Shown here: piece by piece, positions 1-12,176 of the stretch
Position numbering within the stretch: position 1 is the stretch's first letter
How the letters are laid out: each line of letters begins with the position of its first letter
DNA from: Paraspadella gotoi
Lineage: Eukaryota; Animalia; Chaetognatha
Reading direction: 5' to 3'
DNA length: 64,000 nt
NCBI GenBank assembly: GCA_051294375.1
Contig: CM119269.1
Span: forward strand, 1,003,367 to 1,067,366
The notes under the pieces: model-generated
The model's database searches: none
What the model saw: the letters and a program-made list of their open reading frames with translations, nothing else
Told to the model about the DNA's origin: nothing
Program-made: the position numbers and the translations under genes

Positions 1-1140
1 CAAATATCGAATTACTGATTCATCGATTCAATATCCTGGGTGGACGAATAGAGACATCTGATGAAGCCGAATATCTGGGCCCCTCGTCTCTCGTCCTTTA
101 CACACGGGAAAATGGGTGATATGAAATTTGTTCCATGATCTCGCGGGCTGATCAAGACTGCGCGCATCTTTGGATCGGCGGGATCGGGACGCGTGGCCAG
201 CGGGACAAAATTAAGCGAGCGTCGACAGCACTGTTGCTGGTCTCTCTGGAAACACAAAAGATCTCATCTCGGATGTTTTCACTCATCGCGAGTTTTGTTG
301 CGGGTGGCTCAGTCTGGTCGATGCCTTCCCTCCCCGTCTTCTCCGCCCGATGTTTTGCACCCCGTTGTCCTCGATGATCTGGAATCGTATGTGCGCGTTT
401 CGTTGCGCGTGTTAGAGACACTTTTAAGCCTTCAAGCGTGATTCTGCGGCAAGAAGCATCCCTCGAGTCTCTCGTCGCAAATATCCCATTCGACAGGCGA
501 AATCGCCTCTTTCGCTTAATGGTAAAAATATTTCGGTTTTAAAATGGAATTTTTTTTCTCCATGGTGTAATTCGGCCTATAGAGTAACTACAGATGTGGC
601 CGCTGGAAGTATATCCCGCCTGTTTCGTGGGTTGTCATCACTTCGTCGCTGCGGGGTGGGGAAAACAGCCACGTCTGCCTTCAACCGCTGGTCCGCCTAC
701 CGAGGGCGAGCATATCGGATCATCGAGCATCCACGTCTTCAGCCTCGGCGCGAAGAATTATCATCCTTTAACGCAGACGCACGTCATACTTCCCAGTATT
801 GCTCGGGATCCAGATTTCAGGATACCGACTCGATCCTGTCTTGTTTGACGACAACCTGAAGTTGACGGCCTAGTAGCCCCGGCGTTAATCAGAAGGAAGA
901 GGTGCCAGCAGCACGACTCGCTGTCGGCGGCCGCGCGGTTGTCGTGGGACCGATGATAAAATTTTCGATCGCGCAGCGTTGGCTATGTCGTCATCATGTA
1001 GCAAGCAGATATGGATGAGGCTGCACGTAGCAGTGATTCGTCACAACATGAGACATACGGCTGCACAGGGTTCGCGAGCATATGAGGGCTCACTAAGAAT
1101 AGTGGTTCGGCGGACTCCGGTGAGCAGCATGATATGCCAA
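1..1140 (-). mobile_element. Decayed or frameshifted Mutator-like (Kolobok-Hydra-type) DDE transposase
   Basis: Motif remnants in the expected order across frames: GKYDV, SVGG..RRG, ETGGI, ICDE-DS (GDGDS-like), C-x-NH-ATKR, GG..IDQ, IRDEIF, FCPAGHAS, FIRCLYSSTQD-IESMN (RCLxGxTQNxNESxN-like). Recognised by eye. Confidence 0.5.
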
Positions 1141-2109
1141 GTGTGACTCGACCGCCGTTTGAATATTAGTTGGCGAGAGTTGCTGCTTAGGTACGCGGGA
1201 AAGTGTAAAAATAATACGAATACTGCTCAAAGACATACTCTTTGGTGCCATATTTTTTCCATTTTATTTGCTTGCATACCGAAATTCTTTTACAGAGGGC
1301 TTCGCCGAAAAAATGAAAAGAATCTCGTCTTTCTTCCATGTGATTGTTGGCTGGTTTTCAGCCTCGCTCCCCGCTTCGCCGAATTTTCCCTAGGGACTGC
1401 AAACCAAAAAACCTGAAATTCCTGATTAAAATGATTTTTTCAAAAGATTTGAATTTTTTGTTTATTTTATTTTTACTGTTTAAGACAATGGTTTTTTCGA
1501 AACTGTTTTGTTTTGGTAGTATTTTTATTTTTAAAATTATTTTTATTATGTTTAAGTAGACTTGGAAGTAACGGTTTTCAAAAAATATTCTAATTTATTT
1601 TATTTTCGGATTTTCCGTCAAGTGCCAAGCCCCTACGTCTGCGCATAATTTTTTTTGCGTTCAGTGAGTTTGGCAGTAAAAATGAATAATTTTCGAATTA
1701 TTCTCATTTTGTCCAGGAGTGTTTTTTATTTATGTGACGGACTTTCACATTTATAGTAGATCAAAAATGGGAATTTTGAGGTACAGTTGTAATCGTTATT
1801 GCCGATTTTATTATTTCCGCGTTTTACGGTTTTTATCCGTGACGTACTCTCTCGGGTCTGTTATTTTTCGAAATTCGCGATTTTTGGAACTTTTTTTATA
1901 TTGGAAAAAAAGAAAAATTTATTTTTATTATTTTTGCCTTCATTTGTACGGGTTTCAAATAACGGACTGTGGAAGCGTGGTCGCGGTATTGGGTCGCTTC
2001 GTTTTTGTTTTTCCTCCTTTTTTTTCTCGTTTTCCCGGTTTTAGTAGTCCGGTCGCTGTTCCTGTACCCCGCCTGATCATGAGCGGAGGTTTCAAGTGGT
2101 GACGTGGAA

Positions 2110-3050
2110 AGCAAACTTTAAAAAATTTCAAACTTCAAAATGCACAGAGCCTCCGCATCGCTAGTCAGCAGGCGTCAGAGGTGACATGAGGCAACGCTGC
2201 TAAATGTTTGTGCTCACCGCAGACGCTAGGCCGCCAGGGACAAGCTGGCTCCTGTCCAGCAAAACCTGCTGGGTCGATTCGAGTTGAAGACGCGGGGCGG
2301 CAAAAACGGCAGGAATAGACGCCGGCGTGGCTCAAGACGTTTTCCCGTAAATGGCTTTCGCCGCAGCGTGCATTGCTGACAGAAGGGCGGCTAATCAGTC
2401 GGCCAGGAAGCGCCTATTTTGAAAGAACATCTCTGAAAGTCATGCCGACGGCGACCCGCTATTAACACTGGATGCTCGTCGCGGATGGGACGAGACATTT
2501 TGCAGATCAGGAGCATTACGAGCAATGATTGTGCTGCAACCGGAGGGCGGACGAGCGGTGATGAACCCATCGGTGCAAGGTAGGCGAAGCCGTCAGGGGT
2601 GTTTCAGTCCAGCGTGACGCCGACTGTTGAGCCTGGAGCGGGGCGTCGGGAGACATGTGGAAGCGCGTGGGAAGCGGGCTCAAGCCCCTACCGCCCCCAG
2701 TCGGAAGTGAAAAAATAACCCGTTTTATTTGGTGTGACTCCAGAAAGATGTGGACGAAAGGTCGATACAGCGGCTTTGAGGCCGCGACGTCAATTGGTTG
2801 AAGATCGAGGTCGCCGGAGGGGGCTCGTGAGTTTCGACGGCTTTTGGAGCCTCCACGGCTGCGCCCGCCGAAGGGCTGTGCTTCCGCACCCGGGATCGAC
2901 CGAACAGGAGCGTGAAGGACAAGGGCCGTGCGGTCAATCGGTGAGTCCGATCAGCACCTTGTGGGAGGAGCGTTGTGAATTCCCAACTTCCGAGCGCCAC
3001 GCTCTCGTCACTTGTTGTTTTGTTGGCAGCCCTTGGTGTCCGTGGGGTCC
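2110..3050 (+). mobile_element. Second Mutator-like transposase relic (N-terminal catalytic region)
   Basis: VSFDGFWSLHG at 2827-2859 followed in another frame by GCASAPGIDRTG, resembling VSxDGxWxxRG..S..G...I...TGKV. Possible gtgagt donor at 2941. Confidence 0.38.
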
Positions 3051-3734
3051 GGCGGGGGGGAGATATTTGGAGTTTGTTTTTATTTTTTTTNNNNNNNNNN
3101 NNNNNNNNNNNNNNNATCACATGTATTATGAGGAACTAGATGGAAATTGTATGTATATCAGAGAAGTGAACCAGACAAACGTCTTTATGTTGTATTTTAA
3201 TTTATGACACAACGCTGCATCGGAATTCCTCGTTTTTATTCCTTTATATATAGTTGTATGGTTCCTTAAGTGCGCTCGCGCCCAGTTCACTTAGATTTGA
3301 GGTTCAGTACTTCTTGTCTAAACAAATGGGTTTGACTAATTTTTTTAACATAGTAACCGACAAAGCCGGATGAACTGAATAACCGTGACTGCGAACTGAA
3401 ACACAAAAAGTTGACTATAGAGTTCTGCGCGGCGGACAACTAAAAATTGGGGAAGGAATGACCTTCGAGGATGCAGTGGAGGATAAATTGTGCAGAAATT
3501 GGGGTAAGAAAATGAGGTGAAGCGGGGTGGAAAATGTGGTAAGTGATTTTCTGGACGGACGTAATGAAGGAGACGATGCAGACAAAGGCTCAATTTAATG
3601 GTTAGAGGAGGAAGAAAAGAAGGTTAATTGGATGGTGGAGAAAAAATAAATACGAGAAATAAGAAAGAAAATAACACATTCGGGAAAGATCTAGCAGAGT
3701 TTTCTGAGTATGAGGGTTCGAAGAGAATGATAAT

Positions 3735-4050
3735 GAAGAAAGATAAGCAAATAATCCATTAACCATAAGGACTATTAACCATTAACGCTTACCAAGGCTG
3801 TAATCTTTTGATGGTAACAAGGAAGATAAATGAAAAGAAAGCAAATAACCATTAATCCATTAACCAATAACCAAGCTGTAGGCGATGACTTAGAGATGAG
3901 TAAAAGGATGAATAATGAGAAGAGAAAGTGCAAATAACCGATTAACCATTAACACCATTTAACCAAGCTTGTTATTCTTTGATGGGTAAAAGGATGATAA
4001 GAAGAAAGAAAGCAAATAACCATAACCATTAACCAAGCTGTTAATCTTTG
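3735..4050 (+). repeat. Minisatellite, ~85-95 bp unit, about 4 copies
   Basis: Recurring gcaaataaccattaaccattaaccaagctgt..atctttgatgggtaaaaggatgataa. Confidence 0.8.
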
Positions 4051-4761
4051 GGTCGGTGTGCAGAGTTAAGGTAGTCGCCAGAGTAAACCTCTAACCTTGA
4101 TCGCGGCATAAGCGGCTCGTACCGAAATAGTATATCCGTGACGCAAAACGACTTACGCGACCCGTAGCCTGTGGGCCAAGATGGCGGCCAAGAGGGCGGA
4201 AGACTTTCTCGCACCAAGCGCGGCGCGAATTAACGAGCGGTAGAAGTTCGGCGAGGCGTGGCTTTAAAAAGGGGAGGATATCTTGTAACACTGAGAGGTG
4301 TACCGCCCGGTCCTGTTCAATAGAGCGAGGGAACTCCGGTTGTAATGTTCGCTTTATCCTTTCTTGCTAAATGGGACGCTAAAGAAGAAATTGTGAAAAG
4401 AAAAAAAGGAAGGGCTTTTGTTTCGAAACCGTCGTTTTCAAATCGAAGGGCGCTAGGGGCGAGAAGGGGGGAGATTCGCCAACGATTGATTAGACTCTCG
4501 TCCGGCGTGATTGTGAAAATTGAGGCTTTACTCGCGGTTTGATGCCGTTGATGGCGAGAGGGAGAGAGAGAGAAAAGAGAAACGAGACTTTGAATCTTAA
4601 CTTATTGTCATTTCATTTTTGAAGAAAATAGGAAACAATAGGGAAAGCAACTTGGCTTTTATTATCCATCTTGACGAAGGATAACAGATGGTTTGTTTTT
4701 TTTTTTTTATGTTAATTACAGTTTGAGTTTAGTTTTGACAAACGATTTATTTAAATTCAAA

Positions 4762-4808
4762 AAACAGACATGTTTTCGGCTTCATTCAAGCCTTCAATCA
4801 ACAGCATT
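4762..4808 (-). ncRNA. Degenerate inverted copy of the hammerhead motif
   Basis: Reverse complement reads gctgttgattgaaggcttgaatgaagccgaaaacatgtctgtttt. Stem II GGCTT/AAGCC is intact; the core boxes carry insertions. Confidence 0.5.
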
Positions 4809-4887
4809 AGTGAACTTGGAAAATATTTTTTGTGTAAAGGAAAGAGAGAAAGAGAGATAAACACAAAAAATATTCCAAAGTTTCACT

Positions 4888-4933
4888 AAATTGCTGATGA
4901 AGGCTTGAAAAGAAGCCGAAACATGTCTGTTTT
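4888..4933 (+). ncRNA. Minimal type I hammerhead ribozyme motif (Penelope-like element type)
   Basis: CTGATGA (4894-4900), extra A, stem II GGCTT/gaaaag/AAGCC, GAAA, palindromic CATG loop, TC (predicted cut after 4927), then AATAAA at 4935. Stem I is weak (aaattg/tgtttt). Confidence 0.7.
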
Positions 4934-6249
4934 GAATAAATAAAATCGTTGCAAACTAAACTCAACTGTTCTCTAATCGTCCCAAAACAACGAAAAGAAA
5001 GGATTTATATCACAATGTTAATTTTACTGCAACATAATAATGCTCTAAGTTATGATTAAAATATTTCGTTCATGACCTACAAACTAAGTTAATCACTATT
5101 AGTTTAATAAAACAAGTTCATATAAAGGATCAATCGTTTCGTCGAGGGATAATTATTACTGCAGATGTTGTAATACAGATATACATTCCGATCAACAGAT
5201 AATTAAATGGGGGATGTCAATGACCAGAAAAAGGAATTCAATATCAATATCTTCCGATATGGAGGGAAACAAAGCTAAACCAAAAAACTTATCTTTCTTT
5301 GTTAAAACATATTTACTTATTGAAAACTCTTTCTCTGCTTTCAGTTTCAAATTTCCTTGAAATTAAAAGGTCGAGCGAAAAAGGGGAGAGAGGGGGGGAA
5401 TGTGGGGAGGAGGAAGGTGAAGAGGAGGAGGAGGAGGCAGGCAAGAGGAGAAGAGCGCCGGTTTATCACAAATCGTAGATGAAGGAAAGGAAATGCGGAG
5501 TTTTTTTTTGTTTTGTTTTTTTTCAAAATCGAGGGGCATCCAGTCCTATCTTTCTAAATATCATGGATAGCGGAAACAAAGGGGATATTTAATTTCGAAA
5601 TGCCATTTGCCAGAAAATCCAAGTAAAAAAATATAAAAATCAACTCCGGTATATAAAAAAAAACTCAGAGTTAGAAACCGGAATAATTATTTAAAGAGGA
5701 TAACAACAAAATATCTGACTGGGAGAAAAATAACGCGTCGGTGAACATTAAGTGCACTTCAGAGAGACGAATAAATGCGCACAAAGCGAAAATATATAAT
5801 AAACGACGATGTTCTATCAAACTGATATAATCGACATCAAGATGGTCAAGGCAACTAGGAGACTAATAATACAAAAAAAAACAAAACACAGAAAAAAAAC
5901 CACAAAACGACAAGAGACACGAACAGCAGACCAAAGACGTCCGACCCGAAACCAAATTCTTCTTATATTTTTTCTATTAGCTACGCATATAATTTTTTTG
6001 AGTTGCGTTCAATGGTTGAATCCGCGACGTCCGCCTCTTCGTTTCAGCTTGAATGAATAAAAGCTACACCATGAGAGATCGTCCTCGTTGCCCAGCGCGA
6101 GCGGGGTACTCTCACCCTACACTAAAAAACTCCATACCCGCTCCTCCTCACTTCCTTTGTCTCTTCTCTGCCAAACTTGACATCTCAAACCTCTCTAAAC
6201 TACCGTCTCTTCGTACTAGGATTTTTTGGATCAAATCCCGTTGTTTCCC

Positions 6250-6850
6250 TTGTTGTTGTTTAGAGAGTCCACTTATCATTCGTTGTTTATTTCCTCCGTT
6301 CTGCGATTCTCGAAGTGCACATTCGCTTGATGGTGAGGTGTATGTTATGAGCGATGGAGTCGTTGACGAGCCGCCTCCGCCAAAACCGTGCGTCTCAATG
6401 TATCGGGGATACGAGGCTGCGCCACGCCGTTGGTCCAAGGATATGTCAAGCAATGCTGGCATGCCGAGGCAAGTCGATTCCGGCGCTAAAGGGTGGGATA
6501 CGGCGTTGAGTGAGTCGTGGGACAGGCGCACTCACGTCGTAGGCTCTGCGAAGGAAAGTAGAAAACCGAATAATTTCGAGGAGCTCGGGGAACGCTCGTC
6601 CATCTTCCCAACCGTGAGATTCCTCTAATCCATCTCACTGGTACTTGTAACGTAACGACATCCACAACAGCGTTGGCATAAGAAGAAGACTGAGTTATAT
6701 CGATGATTGGGTGTCACAAACGTAAACCAAGCCGGTTGGTTAAAAGTATCTGACGCCAACTGAGGTGTTTTGTCCGAAGCATCTCCGAGCGAACATATCT
6801 CTAAAAAGAGAGCCCACGTTAGCTGGACATCACGGGGCAATCCATGTGTT
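6250..6850 (-). mobile_element. Possible DIRS/Ngaro-type RNase H relic
   Basis: Ordered remnants DVQLTWALFL (DLxWWxxFL-like), KLFGFLLS (EL..I..A-like), HDSLNAV (xDNxxVV-like), HILG-TNGVA (HIPGxxNxxAD-like); heavily degraded. Confidence 0.3.
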
Positions 6851-7772
6851 GTATAGACAATAAGAGAATAGGAAAGGTCTAAGAGATTGAAAGGAAAAAA
6901 AGAGGGATAAGAGTTAAATGCATTGAAAGAGATTAAAAAGAGAGAGAGGAGAAAAGAGAAAAGAAAAAAAGAAGAACAAACAATATAAGAGATATTAAGA
7001 TGAGGGCAAGTACAGCGAAAGCGAAGAATCTAGAAACATACTAAACAAAGAAGAAGAGGGAGAAAAGGAAAGAAAAGAAAGAAACAAAAAATATAAGCCA
7101 AAAAGAATAGAAGTATAAAGAAAGAGAAAAAAGTAGTGGATAAACAGGACTATTTCAGAGAAAAAAAAGAAGATAGATTGCGGAAAACGAGATCATAGGT
7201 TACGATAAAAATGTCAAGATCCGATGATAAACAACGAGAGAGACTATACAGAAAAGAGCACCTAGTACAAGGAAGAGATCATCGACATATTAACCTTCGT
7301 TTGAAAAAACATAAAAGACAAATGAGGCAATGTAAGAAAAACTAGTCCAAACAAAAATAAAAAAAAAAAAAAAGAAAAACAGAAAAATACAATCAAAAAT
7401 AAAAAACGCTGGATCTCTCCTGTCAACTTCCTCCGAAACTCGATCTCGACCTCCGTGATTTACCAACCGCTCTAGTTCCAAGAGACTACAGTTAGAGAAC
7501 GGTGCGTGCAGCCGAAGAGGAGTAATGGACCGATTAAGAGGAGAGAGTAAACCTGAGAGGTGTTTGCCCAAGTGAGTATGTCTTGCCATAGTAGGATGTC
7601 TGCCCATAGCGCCGCCCGCATGTGTGGCCAATACGCGTAAACTCCAAGAGTCATGGATGAGCAATAGTGACTTCGTTATAAAAACGGCCGCCAAAAAAAT
7701 AGTTGTAAAAAAATATAATTTGGTTGTTTTTTATCCGATTAAAGAACAACAAATAACAAATAAAAGCCGCAC

Positions 7773-7905
7773 CTGCTGGCCGTTTTGAGATGGCCGCTGC
7801 TGCCGCGAGCTGCCCAGCGTCGCCAAAAGACGACGCGGCTTGAAGCTCCAGCCGGGCGTCATCGTCGCCGGCAGATGGTGACGGATCAGTACAAACTCCC
7901 GATCG
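7773..7905 (-). CDS. Candidate cytoplasmic-tail exon (noisy)
   Basis: GC-rich island bounded by ctccgacctcag| and CAG|gtgcgg; no recognisable motif. Confidence 0.2.
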
Positions 7906-8307
7906 CTGAGGTCGGAGAAGATTTAGTTGGTGATTGGCTGTGATTTGGTGAATATCGATTTTTTCAAATTATGGCGAGAGAATTAATTGAAATAGCAGTT
8001 GTTCTAAAATTCATATGAAGGGCAAATTGTTCGACCATTGTATTGACTGGGAGTTTAAGAGAATTCTTTACTAAAATAGACCCACATGGTCTGGACTGCT
8101 CCGCATCACGCCACTAGGGAGATTCGAACGGTTGATCACAAGAAATATCGAGGGCGGGAAAAAACAAGAAGTACAATTGCGTTTCAAGAGTATATGTGCA
8201 CTATTTATGAAACTGGCCTTCAAATGCTCGAGTCATGCTTAAGGAAAAAGAGAGAAATACAAGATAAGAATATTTACTATTATCAAAACATCGACAGCTA
8301 TAATTAC

Positions 8308-8522
8308 CCTCACTAGCGATCACGTTAGGCGGCGCCACAGCCACGCCCCTGGCGCCGGATGAAGATCCAGTCTCCGGCGTCGTCCGGGGCGCGCTCTGCG
8401 ACGACATCGCCTTCAACTCTGGACTCGGCGCCGGCAGAAGGATGTCACATGATGATGCCCAGTCAAAGATGGCGCCGAATATAAGCAGGAAGGACCGGCC
8501 CGCCATAACGCCTCGAAAATGT
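8308..8522 (-). CDS. Candidate transmembrane/juxtamembrane exon (frameshifted)
   Basis: Acceptor tgttttcgccgcag, donor GG|gtaatt. GC-rich island giving hydrophobic GVMAG..FLLIFGAI, then in other frames GIIM and basic CRRRVQ, as expected for a single-pass TM segment plus stop-transfer. Confidence 0.42.
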
Positions 8523-8626
8523 CTGCGGCGAAAACACATAATAAAAAAAAGGAATAAAATAAAAGTATGATTATGTAATATTTAAACTTGGATGTGTTCA
8601 TTTGTTATCGACGTCAGTCCACGAAC

Positions 8627-8689
8627 CTTGTCCGTTAGATGCGAATCCCCTTCCCCGTCTTAAGCGAACCGCCTCTTCACAATCGCGCG
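8627..8689 (-). CDS. Candidate short exon (noisy)
   Basis: Acceptor tatttttgcag, donor AAG|gttcgt. The phase-0 reading RAIVKRRFA*DGEGDSHLTDK has a stop; DGEGDS loosely resembles the FN3 A-x-N-x-x-G-x-G-x-S end. Confidence 0.25.
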
Positions 8690-8970
8690 CTGCAAAAATA
8701 GCAAGTCACGAGCGAAAAAACCTAAAGCGATTATCCGAAAAGCAAAGGCGAGAAACTGAATGCTAAATAACTTTTCTTGTCTCTCTCTCTCGTTTCTCCT
8801 CCTCTCTCTCTCTCACTCTCTCTCTCCTCTCTCTCTCTTCTTCTCTCTCTCTCGCTCTCGTCTTTCTCTCTCTCTCTCTCTTCCATTCTCTTTCTTCCTC
8901 TCTCCTCTCACTCTCTTATCTCTCTCTCTCCTCTCTCTCTTTCCTTATCCCCTCTCTCTCTCTCACGAAC

Positions 8971-9149
8971 CTCCAGCGGCCCTGGTCCGGTCCAATCGAT
9001 GGACAGATGCAGGGTCTTGCACTGAGACGCTGGAAATAGGAAGCAATAGACGCTCAACATGTATCGTCGTATCGCGAATGTTGGAATTTGTTGAAAACTG
9101 GCACTTTGCTTATTGACGGGTTCCGTCTCCGAGACCGTCACCATCCCCA
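8971..9149 (-). CDS. Candidate exon of the same gene (possibly N-terminal part of an FN3-like domain)
   Basis: Acceptor tttttcgatccactcag|TG, donor GAG|gttcgt; 179 nt, phase 1 to 0, open: GMVTVSETEPVNKQSASFQQIPTFAIRRYMLSVYCFLFPASQCKTLHLSIDWTGPGPLE. It is a unique-sequence island between AG tracts. The domain call is inference. Confidence 0.5.
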
Positions 9150-11060
9150 CTGAGTGGATCGAAAAAGGAAATGCTGTGGCGATACTTGCTTTGGCGGGAT
9201 TTGATAGAGGTCAAATCTGAAGAGAGAGAGAGAGTCTCACGAGAGTCAGAGAGAGAGAGAGAGACAGATCGAGAGTACGAGAGAAGAGCACGAGAGAGAG
9301 GAGCAGAGAGAGAGAGAGAGAAGAGAGAGAAAGAGAAAAGAATGATGGGCCGCGAATCGGTCGGTTTGAAAAAATGGCGCGTCAACTGCGAGTTCGACTC
9401 GAGATTCGACGTCCCCCTTTCGCCTCTCCCGGGTCTTCTGTCCCCTAGGAAACGTCACAGAATCATTCACGGTCATTCTCGGTTCATTGAGCAAGATGTA
9501 CTCAACGCGGGTTTCTAATTCCTGAGCAAAGAAACTGACTTCGGTTTTTTTTTCTTCTGTGCGAACTCCGACCTTTTCCACACCAACATTTACAGTCTAA
9601 TATTACATTTATTAACACGGAGCAACCTCGAACACTCTCGTCCCACTAACCCCTGGCTCACCCGGTTCTCCTCCTTGTCCTGCTATCCAGTCCATTCTGG
9701 CACGCAATGCTTACGGATTCTCATCGTAACTCTCAAGGAAGTCAAGATCACGGGTCGCAATCCATCCTACGTGATGATCACCCATTCTTTTGCCAGCCAG
9801 TGATGGTAATTGGGCGGCGGTCGTCGCACGGAGAATCGCCGGCCGTTAATCTGGGGAGTGTGGGGATGAGACAGCAGGAATAAAGTCGGGCGCTTGCCCG
9901 TTGAGATCAATTCGTCGGCGTCAACGTCTCTCTGAATTACACTCGAATTTTTTCACAGTTTTTCTTTTTTATAATCTCCTTGCACGCCTTTTCTTTGTTT
10001 CTTTTTTTATTTTTTATTCTTTTTGTCTTCTTTATTTAATCTTTTCTCGTATATTTATATCACTGTTAGAATATTCAGTTTCTTTGTTACGATGATGTAT
10101 AGGTTGTAGAGCGAGTATTCTTTCGAGAGTATAGAGTCTTAGAAATCTTTATCTTCTTCTTACTCGCGCACTTGCATTGAATCTGAGAGAGAGAGTAGAG
10201 AGGCTGAGCAATGTCTTAAGAGAGAGTAGAGATGATCCTTAAGAAGAGAGAGATGATGAGAGATGATTGATGAGAGAGATGAGAGAGAGACTAGAAGAAA
10301 CATTTTACTTGACCAGAAATATATTTTAGAGAAGAGAAGAAGTCAAAAGAGCGAATCCTAATATTAGATTTCATCATCGATTTATTTTTTTTGTTCAAGT
10401 AATATGCCGCATCTATAGCGTTCTAAGACTATGTGGTATCATTCTGTCGCTTGTTCGTGTTGTCCTCTCGTTCGTCGTTCGCTTTCGTTCTATTTCTGTC
10501 GTCGTCCGTTGTCGTCGTCGTCCGTCTGTAGCCAATGATACACCCAATTTTGATAAACGACAATAAATATAAAGTTGAAAACACTCTTGATGTGTCTGTC
10601 GACACGATAATTAAGCCTTAACGAAGCTAATCGATAAAGCTTAACAAAATCATTTACAAATACTATGGTGTCCAACTTGAAAAACTTTGTAGATTAGACG
10701 AAATTGATTGAATTGATATTGATTTTAACAAGTACTTAATTGAGAGCCCACGCGTATAAGAGTTGCGCGAGAGAGACATAGAGTACTAAGAGCGAGATCA
10801 CAGTATAAATTAGATAGAGAATATTCAGTAAATATTACGGCGGATCTGAGATCCCTTGTAATCAGGAGCTAGTTTTCGTGTCCTTAATAGCGATGTTGCG
10901 TTCCATTCATTGTATACTGACAAGCAGATCGACGCGTCGTCTGGTAGTCACTGCTTAAAGTCAGGACGGACTGTATGTAAGTGTGAACTGAAAAGCATTA
11001 CTTAATAGAGAACGTTGGGCCAGGGTCGTTTTGATACGGTTCTTTTTGCTTTTTTTGTAT

Positions 11061-11112
<52 letters not shown>

Positions 11113-11157
11113 CTCCTCTCTCCTCTCTCTCTCTCTCTCTCTCATGTCCGGCCACAC

Positions 11158-11268
11158 CGCAAAGGCAAATGACTTTCGGGTTGTGCAGCAACTTCACAAT
11201 GATCTCTTATTCATAGTTTTTCTTTCCCAATGAGATTTGAGAAGGACGGTTTTGAAGAAATTCTTTTC
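11158..11268 (-). CDS. Probable IgSF exon ending the third domain (contains a frameshifting indel, likely sequencing error)
   Basis: Acceptor cttccctacag|GAA, donor GCG|gtgtgg. Starts EKNFFKTVLL and, after a frame change, ends EIIVKLLHNPKVICLC, echoing the P-x(1-3)-C linkers (KPLC, KPRMIC) of the clean exons. Confidence 0.55.
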
Positions 11269-11558
11269 CTGTAGGGAAGAGAGGCGAGCGAAGAATAGTA
11301 AAAATATGGGCGTTCACTTGTTTTTTAAAACGCCGTTTAGAAGATCGAAGTGCGTTTAATTCGAAAGACTTTGAAGAGGTGAATGAGAATGACGCTTTCT
11401 CTCGCTCGTCTGAAGCCGCTGAATAAAAGATCCGGCGTGTTTGGTTTGAATGAAGGATGATTTGGTTGAACGACGAGAAAGGATCGGACGGAAGTCCTAA
11501 GAGCCTAGATCTGAATTAGAGGCTCGGCGCTCATCTCTCTCTCTCTCTTCCCTCCTCT

Positions 11559-11608
<50 letters not shown>

Positions 11609-12176
11609 CTCTTCTCTCTCTCTCTCACTCTCTCTCTCTCTCTCTCTTTTCTTTTTCGTCATTCTCAGACTCTGATGATTCAGGAAGAAGAATCTCTCTT
11701 TGCCGAGACGGAGAGGGGGGGGTCGTGAATGCGATTACTTCTCTAAATCTCCCGGATGTGAGAGGAAAGAAGAATCACCGGAAGATAAAGACCGACAACA
11801 AGATTCAGCGCCTTGGCAAGTTCGTCTTTTTTTCTTTTTTTTTAAGAACCCGCCCGAGCTAAAAAAAGAGCGATTGTGACTTTTCCCCCCCCAAAATTAA
11901 GATATTGTGGCGGTATATTCACACCGCCTCACATCGTTCAGCCAATCCCATTGGTGAGATGCCCCATACCAATGGGCATCAAAGGCAACCCGGCCGTTTT
12001 ATTCTGCATTACTTCTGTTATACTTTTATTAATTTTACGCTTGCTATAATAATACCTTGACCTTCAAGAAATTAATCAAACCCAGCAAATCTTTGAACAT
12101 AAATAATTGAAATGAGATGTCGCTATCAAAAAACAAACCAAAAAACCAAAAAGAAAACAAGAGAACATCGGCAAAC

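Larger units (their letters stand above)
4719..4968. mobile_element. Inverted pair of Penelope-like pseudo-LTR fragments around an AG-rich spacer
   Basis: Arms 4719-4835 and 4861-4968 are imperfect reverse complements. Each has a hammerhead motif and an AT-rich tail (aataaataaaatcgttgcaaactaaactcaact). Confidence 0.6.

Noticed and set aside
3345-4330. Short minus-strand ORFs (3345-3593, 4091-4291) as further retroelement domains
   Set aside because: No diagnostic RT, RNase H or tyrosine-recombinase motif could be identified.
6053-6628. 191-aa plus-strand ORF as a gene
   Set aside because: No recognisable motif; the opposite strand shows weak DIRS RNase H-like remnants instead.
11909-11997. 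HDV-like, twister or pistol ribozyme assignment
   Set aside because: The required L3/P1.1/J4-2 or other consensus nucleotides could not be placed on either strand; kept only as an unclassified structured element.
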